This document shows, one piece after another, positions 40,750-47,901 of a stretch of DNA of 64,000 bases. The position numbers and the translations under genes are program-made. The DNA comes from Staphylococcus phage vB_StaM_PB50, in sequence record OR770614.1. One strand, given 5' to 3'. The notes beneath the pieces were generated by a model, which searched no databases, was not told where the DNA came from, and was given only the letters and a program-made list of their open reading frames with translations. Every line of letters begins with the position of its first letter. Within the stretch, counting starts at the first letter, position 1.

Positions 40750-41363
40750 TATTTAAAATTTTTTTCTACTAAATATTTTTTAATTTCTTTTTCATCTTCT
40801 AGTTTTCTAAAATATACATGAGGTTCAAATATATCAATACCATTTATAAAGATTTTAGTATTTCCATCAACATTTTCTTCTTTAAGCATTTTGTCCAACA
40901 AATTAGACAATGTATCTAAATTATTTTCGTATTGATTATAACCCATAAGATCTTTTTCATAAAAATCTTTTACCATTGTTATAGCAAGACTATTTGAAAT
41001 AGTATCATCTTCTAAAAATTGTATCTGAGTATCTCTATTAATATAGGTTTCTAATTGTAATGTTACTTCATTATCTTTAATTTTTACATATGAAAATTCT
41101 AAGGCTTCTACTGGAAGATTCTTTCTAATCCCATTATATATATTACTGTAATATATATTTTCACTATCAATTAAATCAAAACGTAAATTTCTATTATAAT
41201 AAAGATCATCATTTAAACTAGGGTAATAATCTAAATTTCTTTCCATTAACTTTTTATAATAGAATTTATTTATTTTATCATTAATATCATTTTCATCTTT
41301 ACCAATTATAAAAAGCTCATTAATATCCTTATTGTAATAAAATTCATTCTCTTTTAAAATCAT
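40749..41363 (-). CDS. member of the KYLVKxNFK-tail family
   Basis: N-terminus MILKENEFYYNKDINELFIIGKDE; C-terminus YFRKLEDEKEIKKYLVEKNFK. Confidence 0.6.
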   Translation of the reverse strand: MILKENEFYYNKDINELFIIGKDENDINDKINKFYYKKLMERNLDYYPSLNDDLYYNRNLRFDLIDSENIYYSNIYNGIRKNLPVEALEFSYVKIKDNEVTLQLETYINRDTQIQFLEDDTISNSLAITMVKDFYEKDLMGYNQYENNLDTLSNLLDKMLKEENVDGNTKIFINGIDIFEPHVYFRKLEDEKEIKKYLVEKNFK

Positions 41364-41427
41364 ATCTTTTCCACTCTCCTAATTAAATTAATATAGAGAT
41401 AATGAATCATATTAATTCATTATCTCA

Positions 41428-41450
41428 TTTTTATAATATATATTTAACAC
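41428..41450 (-). promoter_or_regulatory. conserved AT-rich motif (TTTTTATAATATATATTTAACAC), candidate promoter for 40749-41363
   Basis: Lies 65-87 nt upstream of the start. Confidence 0.35.
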
Positions 41451-41455
41451 ATATT

Positions 41456-42133
41456 TCATCTAAATCCTTCTTTAACTAAATAATTCTTGAATTCTTTATC
41501 AGTAGCAACTCTAAATAAGTTTTCATTGTGTAAATTGATATCTTTTAAACTATAATATTTTCCATCAATTAAAAACTGTATATCTTCATATTTATTTAAT
41601 TCAGTTATTATTTTTAAAAATTCTTTTTTAAACTTTTCAATTGATAAGTGAAATTTAGGACACCTTTTACCATCAAAATCTGATAAGCTTACTAATTCTT
41701 TTGTTTTAACCTTAAGTGTATTCTTTTTGTTATTCATACCTAAATTTTTTCTTTTCATCATATTAAATTCATATAGTATTTCATCTTCTAAATAACTATT
41801 ATCTTTCTCTTTAGATATAATTTTTAATTCAGTAGAAGTAAATGATAAACCGGCAAAATTAGTTGTATGGTCATTCATATTCTGATAATAACTTATTTTA
41901 ATATCTTTATAATCATTAAAACCTCTTAGTTTTAATTTACAATCAATTTTAAATGATATTATATTTTCAAAATCAGGATTAGCATTATTCGTTAATAATC
42001 TCATCATGTTAACAACATTTACTTTCTCAATATATTCTCTATCATTATTATATTTATCTTTATCTATTCTCGTAAAATAATTATTTTCTATATCTTTGGT
42101 CGCTTTATATAGATCAAAATCATAATTTTCCAT
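41456..42133 (-). CDS. member of the KYLVKxNFK-tail family
   Basis: N-terminus MENYDFDLYKATKDIENNYFTRIDKD; C-terminus LFRVATDKEFKNYLVKEGFR. Confidence 0.6.
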   Translation of the reverse strand: MENYDFDLYKATKDIENNYFTRIDKDKYNNDREYIEKVNVVNMMRLLTNNANPDFENIISFKIDCKLKLRGFNDYKDIKISYYQNMNDHTTNFAGLSFTSTELKIISKEKDNSYLEDEILYEFNMMKRKNLGMNNKKNTLKVKTKELVSLSDFDGKRCPKFHLSIEKFKKEFLKIITELNKYEDIQFLIDGKYYSLKDINLHNENLFRVATDKEFKNYLVKEGFR

Positions 42134-42135
42134 TA

Positions 42136-42321
42136 TTATTCTTCTCCTTTTAAGATTCTTTCCATTTCTTCTTTAGAAACTTTCTCTCCTATAATTGGAC
42201 CTTTTATTTTTTTCTTGTCTTTATTTTTCTCTCTGTATAATTCTGCATCAATTTCCCATTTTTCTTGTAAAGTCAATTGTTTACTTTCATTTTTTCTAAT
42301 TTCTTTTCTCATATTTATCAA
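42136..42321 (-). CDS. small charged hypothetical protein (61 aa)
   Basis: K/E-rich ORF that fills the gap between family members. Confidence 0.35.
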   Translation of the reverse strand: MINMRKEIRKNESKQLTLQEKWEIDAELYREKNKDKKKIKGPIIGEKVSKEEMERILKGEE

Positions 42322-42326
42322 TCCCC

Positions 42327-42818
42327 TTATCTAAAATGATTTCTAATTTTAAAATCTTTTACTTCTTTACAATCTTCTGAGATTATTTCAAATATATCTT
42401 CATTATCAAAATTGAATTTTTCTAATGGAATATTATAATGTGCCATATTTATATCTATCGCATAACATAATCTTTTATAAAATAAATAATAAAGATCAAT
42501 TGAAGAGTCTGATATGACAAGATTTTGGTTTGTTAAATCTATATTTTTAGGTATAAAAGGAATACTATTAAGATCCCAAGAAATGTTTGTAGTTAAATGA
42601 AGATTAATAAAACCGTAAAGTAAGAAAAACTCCAATTTTATAATTCCTACGTCTTCATCATATAAATCAATCTTTTTACCATAAGATCTATAAAAAGACG
42701 AATTCTCTTTTTTAAATTTATTTCCAAATACATAATAAAATGCATCATCTTTTCTATGAATATCATTAACTTCATATATTTCGCCATTTACTTTATTTTC
42801 GTAATATATCATATCCAC
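42327..42818 (-). CDS. member of the KYLVKxNFK-tail family (short subtype; C-terminus KDFKIRNHFR)
   Basis: N-terminus MDMIYYENKVNGEIYEVNDIHRKDDAFYYVFGNKFKKE; recent duplicate of 43546-44028. Confidence 0.6.
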   Translation of the reverse strand: MDMIYYENKVNGEIYEVNDIHRKDDAFYYVFGNKFKKENSSFYRSYGKKIDLYDEDVGIIKLEFFLLYGFINLHLTTNISWDLNSIPFIPKNIDLTNQNLVISDSSIDLYYLFYKRLCYAIDINMAHYNIPLEKFNFDNEDIFEIISEDCKEVKDFKIRNHFR

Positions 42819-42828
42819 TTACACTTCC

Positions 42829-43530
42829 TTATTTAAATTCTTCTTTAATTAAGTAATTTTTAATTTCTTCCTCATCAGTAATTTCTTCAGCAATAAATTC
42901 CAAATTCCATCTTAGATAATCCATAAAATACATATACGAATTGTCGATCTTAATTCTAAGGTCCTTTAATATATAATATATCAATTCATCTAGAGAATCA
43001 TAAACGTCATTATTCTTATCAGACAAATAATCTTGTTTGAAACTAACTTTAAAATGTACTTCATTTTTATCCATTGTACAAGAAGATATTTTATATTTAT
43101 CACTTTTATATTTATCTAGCATACGAATTATTTTCTTAGCCTTTTTTGTATTTAAAACAATTTGAAATATATTTTCATAAATTCCATCATTATCTGTATT
43201 AGAATCAGAGAAACAAACAATTGAAGATGAAATATTTCTTTCTTTATTTTCATTACTCTTAATTATTATATCTTCGTCTACTCCAATTAAATTTTTAAAA
43301 TTTATAATAATATCTGAATGTGTATAAAAATGAAAATTCAGTTGTTTATTAATTAAATAAGAGTTTCCATTGGTTGTAACGGGTTGGTCTTCATAATTAT
43401 AATATGGGTAAAAATTACTTTTTATCTGTTTCATGACTTTATAAAGAAATCTACCATTATTAATTTCATCTTTAGATAAAATAAATTTATTACCATTTTC
43501 TAGATTTTTATACAATTTAATATTTTCCAT
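42829..43530 (-). CDS. member of the KYLVKxNFK-tail family
   Basis: N-terminus MENIKLYKNLENGNKFILSKDE; C-terminus IAEEITDEEEIKNYLIKEEFK. Confidence 0.6.
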   Translation of the reverse strand: MENIKLYKNLENGNKFILSKDEINNGRFLYKVMKQIKSNFYPYYNYEDQPVTTNGNSYLINKQLNFHFYTHSDIIINFKNLIGVDEDIIIKSNENKERNISSSIVCFSDSNTDNDGIYENIFQIVLNTKKAKKIIRMLDKYKSDKYKISSCTMDKNEVHFKVSFKQDYLSDKNNDVYDSLDELIYYILKDLRIKIDNSYMYFMDYLRWNLEFIAEEITDEEEIKNYLIKEEFK

Positions 43531-43545
43531 TTAAAATTTCTCCTT

Positions 43546-44028
43546 TTATTTAAAAAGATTTCTAATTTTAAAATCTTTTACTTCTTTACAATCTTCTGAT
43601 AATATTTTAAATATGTCTTCATTATCAAAATTAAATTCTTTTAATAATATATTATAATTTAATAAAGGTATATCTATTGCATTACACATTCTTTTATATA
43701 ATATATAGTAAAGATCTTCTGAAGAATCAGATGAGACAAGATTTTGATTCTTTAAATCTACTAATTTAGGTGCAAAAGGATTATTATTATCATATTTCAT
43801 ATGTGTAACTAAAAATAATCTAGATGAGTCATAATTTAATTGGAAGTTTAATTCTTTATGTCCTTTATCTTTATCAAATAAATCAATTTTTTTACCCACT
43901 GATTCATATAATTCCATTCTTTCTTTTTTAAATTCATTACCAAACACATAACAAAAAGCATCATCTTTTCTATGAATATCATTAACTTCGTATATTTCAC
44001 CATTTACTTTATTTTTGTAATATATCAT
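43546..44028 (-). CDS. member of the KYLVKxNFK-tail family (short subtype; C-terminus KDFKIRNLFK)
   Basis: N-terminal 35 aa near-identical to 42327-42818 at both DNA and protein level. Confidence 0.6.
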   Translation of the reverse strand: MIYYKNKVNGEIYEVNDIHRKDDAFCYVFGNEFKKERMELYESVGKKIDLFDKDKGHKELNFQLNYDSSRLFLVTHMKYDNNNPFAPKLVDLKNQNLVSSDSSEDLYYILYKRMCNAIDIPLLNYNILLKEFNFDNEDIFKILSEDCKEVKDFKIRNLFK

Positions 44029-44045
44029 TATCTATTTCAACTCCA

Positions 44046-44666
44046 TTATTTAAAATTTTCTTTAATTAAATATTTCTTAATCTTATCAATATCTTTTTCT
44101 TCATTATTTTCTAATTCATTTATATTCCTACCATTTAATAACAAATCATAACCTTTATCATTAAATTTTCTTTCTAAATCGTATAAGTATCTAATTACAA
44201 TATCAGAATATTTTAAATGAAAATCATTTTTATCATAATTAAAAATAGAAATTGTTACATTATTGATTTCTTTATCATCTACTATTAAATTTATATAATC
44301 AACATCTGATATAAGTTTTTTATATCTATCACTTTCTATTTGTTTTTCTTCATTATCATAAAACAATCTTATGCCACTTGTATATTCATTTAACTCATTT
44401 TCTTGTTTTTCAGAAAAAATATCTATTGACAAACTAAATTGAAATTTTATATTTTCACATATCAATTCAAGATTATCAAGAGAAATATTTATATCTAATC
44501 TCTCTAGACCTAAATTTAGAAAATTATCTTCCTTGATACGATCTACATCAATATGCAACATTCCTATCAAGTCTGTAATATTTCCTTTAATTTTATCTTT
44601 ATAGATTTGCATTAATCTATCATCCATTTTAAAATACCTATAATCATTAATATTCAAAATAATCAC
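44046..44666 (-). CDS. member of the KYLVKxNFK-tail family
   Basis: N-terminus MIILNINDYRYFKMDDRLMQIYKD; C-terminus DKIKKYLIKENFK. RBS AAAGGAGAAG. Confidence 0.6.
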   Translation of the reverse strand: MIILNINDYRYFKMDDRLMQIYKDKIKGNITDLIGMLHIDVDRIKEDNFLNLGLERLDINISLDNLELICENIKFQFSLSIDIFSEKQENELNEYTSGIRLFYDNEEKQIESDRYKKLISDVDYINLIVDDKEINNVTISIFNYDKNDFHLKYSDIVIRYLYDLERKFNDKGYDLLLNGRNINELENNEEKDIDKIKKYLIKENFK

Positions 44667-44693
44667 TTCTCCTTTTATATTTTAATACACTTC

Positions 44694-44716
44694 TATTTTA
44701 TAATATATATTTAAAT
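44694..44716 (-). promoter_or_regulatory. conserved AT-rich motif (TTTTATAATATATATTTAAATAAG), candidate promoter for 44046-44666
   Basis: Directly downstream of the beta-prime N gene terminator hairpin. Confidence 0.35.
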
Positions 44717-44727
44717 AAGTATTTTGT

Positions 44728-44775
44728 ATAAGAGCAATATAATAAGAGTAACGATCTATATTAGACCGTTACTCT
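44728..44775 (-). terminator. rho-independent terminator of the beta-prime N gene (AGAGTAACGGTC..GATCGTTACTCT plus U-rich tract on the minus strand)
   Basis: 12-bp stem followed by TTATTATATT on the minus strand. Confidence 0.55.
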
Positions 44776-44786
44776 GAATTTTTAAA

Positions 44787-46772
44787 TTATTCTTTAGTTA
44801 AAGAATATAAAGCTTGTACCATATATTTATGATAATTAGACTATATCTTATGATATTTAAATCATTTTCATATTTAGTCGTTGAACAACTTTTATTAAGT
44901 TGATGCTGATTAATTTTGTTTTTCCAGCAATTAATGAAATTTATTGAGAGCATACAAACTTACTCTCATTACCAACTCCACGTATACTATTTCCTGTGTA
45001 GTTTAAGTAATTAGTTTTCTTATTAATAAGTTTATCAGCTTCTTTATTTGCTTCTACAGACCATAAAGAGCGTATTGAAATCATATCCATTTTATATACA
45101 TGTATTTACATATAATTAGACTATATCTTCTTTAGTAATATATTTAGTCGTTGAACAACTTTTATTAAGTTGATGCTGATTATCTTATAGATTTTCCAGC
45201 AATTAATATTATTTAATGATGGTAATATAAAATTTTGCCATCAAAATCTGCACCAAGTGCTTGAGCATATGAATTGTGTATGATTGCAGTATCTAAGAAA
45301 ATATCTTCATCAACAGGATACTCTCTTACTACTTTAGGGTAATCTTTTAATACTATATCATCTAAAATTATTTCTGGAATAGTATCAACAGTAGTTAATA
45401 TTTTAATTTTAGCAGGTGCTACGTTCAAGAAATTTTCGCATTTATTATATTTATATAAGTATTATATAAATTAGACTATATTATATACTATTAAATAGTA
45501 TCATTGCATTTAGTCGTTGAACAATTATATTTAATTGATGCTGATTAACTTTATTAATAGTATTTCAGCAATTAACAATATTTATCAACTTAAATCACTT
45601 TAAGCAGCGACCATTTTATTAATCGGATATCTTGAATACATAACATGCTTATCTTCTACTATTTCGGTTGCAGCAATATAAAGTAAATCAATTACAGTAA
45701 AATCTCTACCCAAAGTTTTTTCAAATAATTTAACTTTATGGCGTTTACCTTCTCTATCATTTACATATATAGGACTAAATCTTTCATTAGGATCTTTAAT
45801 AAAGAATTCTAGCATATTCTTAATAGATTTATCATCGAATTGTTCATATACTTCTTCTAATGATAATTCTTTCTCATCATTTCCAGTAGCTGTTTGGAAA
45901 GCATCTTTATGAAGTTCAATAAAATCAATTATATACTTATTAAAGAATGGTAAGAATAATGTAACTAACTGAGTTAATGGTACACCTAACTCACCAAACT
46001 CAATTTGCATTTCATCCCATTTATTCGAATTAATTTTAGGTGAAGAAATAACAGCACGAGTACTATTATCTACCGTTTTACCCAATATACGTTTTTGCAT
46101 AAAACCAGTTTTACCTGATAATTCTCCTGAAGTAAATTTCTGATATATTTCAAATAATGTATTTTGTATATTATATTTAGTACTGTTAGCAATAAAACCA
46201 AAAGAATTAAAACTAATGGCATCTACAGAACGTATAATAGAAGAATACATATTATTAACTTCTTCAGTATCTTGAATTTCTCCTGAAGTTTCATTAGGAT
46301 TAAAGTCTCTATAAAAAGCAGGTATTACTAGCCATTTATCTACAAATATTTTTTGCTTATCTGTATTTTTAATCATATCAATTTTTTCAGATCTAATACG
46401 AGAATCATTCTTTTTAAATTTTAAATCATCAAATACTTCATATAAGAAATTCAGTCCAGTATCTCCATCTTCTGAAGGAACTAATTGACCTTTTTCTACT
46501 TTAAAATATTCTGAACCCTGAATACATAGTTCAATATTTTTATCTAAATCTTTTAATGCTTTATAAGCTACCGGATTAAGGTATTTATCCTTTAAATTAA
46601 TCCAACCTAAATTAGTTTTTCTTTCAGGAGTACCTATTAAACCAAATATATCATATGAAAATAAACCATCTTCTTTTGGTAATATACCTGAATCAAAGAA
46701 TACAGGATTGGTTACTTCTTTAGCATTTGTATCAGTTATGACTTGTTCAATATCTATCATATCTACTTTCAT
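44787..46772 (-). CDS. multisubunit RNA polymerase beta-prime-like subunit, N-terminal fragment (regions A to D/E including the catalytic DFDGD); four exons approx 46772-45604, 45438-45237, 45087-44956, 44819-44787 separated by three group I introns
   Basis: EDGLFSYDIFG matches ERDGLFCARIFG. ILGKTVDNSTRAVISSPK matches LLGKRVDYSGRSVITVGP. YAQALGADFDG|DMISIRSLWSVEANKEADKLI matches [30 protein letters not shown]. The final 11-codon exon VQALYSLTKE matches VLGLYYMTRD. The frames connect only when the intron cores are removed. Confidence 0.8.
44820..44955 (-). mobile_element. group I intron (ORF-less, about 136 nt), third intron of beta-prime N
   Basis: On the minus strand: P TTAATTGCTGGAAAAAC, Q TTAATCAGCATC, P6 AACTTAATAAAAGTT, R GTTCAACGACTAAAT, P8 AAATGATTTAAATATCAT, S AAGATATAGTCTAATT, and a G before exon GTACAAGCT. 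Confidence 0.65.
45088..45236 (-). mobile_element. group I intron (ORF-less, about 149 nt) inserted between DFDG and D of the beta-prime catalytic motif
   Basis: On the minus strand: exon ...GCAGATTTTGATGGC then intron AAAATTTTATATTACCATCATTAAATAATA, P TTAATTGCTGGAAAATC, P5 ATCTATAAGAT, Q AATCAGCATC, P6 AACTTAATAAAAGTT, R GTTCAACGACTAAAT, S AAGATATAGTCTAATT, ...AAAATG then exon GATATGATTTCA. An in-frame TAA lies 8 codons into the intron. Confidence 0.75.
45439..45603 (-). mobile_element. group I intron (ORF-less, about 165 nt), first intron of beta-prime N (in the NRAPTLH-equivalent region)
   Basis: On the minus strand: ...ATGGTCGCTGC then TTAAAGTGATTTAAG (hairpin CUUAAA/UUUAAG), P TTAATTGCTGAAATAC, Q TTAATCAGCATC, R GTTCAACGACTAAAT, P8 GATACTATTTAATAGTAT, S AATATAGTCTAATT, P9 TATATAATACTTATATA, ...AAATG then exon CGAAAATTTC. 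Confidence 0.7.
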
Positions 46773-46775
46773 TTA

Positions 46776-47066
46776 CTATTTCACATCACTTTCTTTTAAT
46801 AATGGATTAATATCTTTTTCGATATAATAATCTATCATATTTTCTTTATTATAATATTTTAGTGATTCTTTATTATCTTCTTTATTAAATAAATTATACA
46901 GTAATACAGTAATACATATAAATAAAACGATTATTATATTAAAGAATAGTATAATAATTTTATTACTTTTTTTGTAATTAATTTTACTTAAAAATATTAC
47001 AGACGGTATAGCGACTAAAATAAGATAGAATAAAGAAAAAACTATTATGAAATCTTTAATGTCCAT
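46776..47066 (-). CDS. small membrane protein (two predicted TM helices)
   Basis: FIIVFSLFYLILVAIPSVIFL and IIILFFNIIIVLFICITVLLYNLF. Its stop is 4 nt upstream of the beta-prime N start, so they are probably co-transcribed. Confidence 0.5.
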   Translation of the reverse strand: MDIKDFIIVFSLFYLILVAIPSVIFLSKINYKKSNKIIILFFNIIIVLFICITVLLYNLFNKEDNKESLKYYNKENMIDYYIEKDINPLLKESDVK

Positions 47067-47104
47067 TTTTCATTTTAATTTCCTTTCTCAATGTCAATTT
47101 TTAT

Positions 47105-47153
47105 AAAAAAAAATTATAATAAACCCATGTTTGACTTGAATTTGTCAAACATG
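47105..47153 (-). terminator. rho-independent terminator (CCCATGTTTGAC..GTCAAACATGG followed by a 9-U run on the minus strand)
   Basis: 11-bp stem; A9 tract at 47105-47113 on the plus strand. Confidence 0.65.
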
Positions 47154-47163
47154 GATTATTTGT

Positions 47164-47898
47164 TTATTTAATACTTTGTCCCATATAACTGAAATAGTTT
47201 AAATCAATTTTCTTTTCTTTAGCTTTTAATATCGTTCCTTCATCAATATTTTGATTATATCCCAATGAAGGAATATCAATTCCTGTTTGTGTTACATTTT
47301 GACAGTTCTTTATAATATCACTAATATTACTTACTTCATCTTCATATATTCTAGTAACATATCCTAAAGAATTAATCACATCAGATTTTTTCTCATCTGG
47401 TTCTAAGTAGAATATATCAACTTTATCCATACTTCCTCTAAATAAAGTTTTTAAAAACTTCTCTTTAGATTTTAGATTATTATCTGAAGTTTTAGTAACG
47501 ATAGTTAATTTATTCATTAACGGTGTATTAATGGTATATGATAAACTTCTACCTAAATTAGTTGGTTGAAGTTCATCATATAAATCTTTTTTAAATATAA
47601 TTTCATTTTGTAGTCTTTCTCTTGCTTCATTAACTTCTTTTTCTGAAAAGTTATTATAAACATCTTTTCTAACTAACCATTGATCTATATAGTATTCAGG
47701 TCTACTTAATATTACATCATAATGTTTATTATAATCAAAATCTTCAGATAATCTAAAGAATTGATTATAATATTCATAATCTTCATGCATTAATTGAACT
47801 ATCTTTGGTGAAATATTAACTAAGACTTCATCACAATCCGCAACTATATGACCTGTATTCATTTCATCTTCTGTATACATATATTTGTTATCCTCCAT
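47164..47898 (-). CDS. hypothetical protein
   Basis: 244-aa ORF. Confidence 0.5.
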   Translation of the reverse strand: MEDNKYMYTEDEMNTGHIVADCDEVLVNISPKIVQLMHEDYEYYNQFFRLSEDFDYNKHYDVILSRPEYYIDQWLVRKDVYNNFSEKEVNEARERLQNEIIFKKDLYDELQPTNLGRSLSYTINTPLMNKLTIVTKTSDNNLKSKEKFLKTLFRGSMDKVDIFYLEPDEKKSDVINSLGYVTRIYEDEVSNISDIIKNCQNVTQTGIDIPSLGYNQNIDEGTILKAKEKKIDLNYFSYMGQSIK

Positions 47899-47901
47899 AT
47901 A

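Noticed and set aside
44870-45580. Three about 65-nt near-identical repeats spaced 270-370 nt apart (plus copies elsewhere) could be mistaken for a CRISPR-like or dispersed repeat array
   Set aside because: They are the P/Q/R/S cores of group I introns. The repeats have internal P4/P7 pairing. The intervening sequences are protein-coding exons of beta-prime, not spacers. The spacing is irregular and no cas genes are present.
45213-46772. Reading the beta-prime pieces (45600..46772, 45213..45428) and polB pieces as truncated pseudogenes
   Set aside because: Every break coincides with a complete group I intron core. The exon frames and conserved motifs (DFDG|D, PDV|WN, SRM…) reconnect precisely, and each intron supplies its own in-frame stop. 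This pattern matches functional intron-containing phage genes, not decay.
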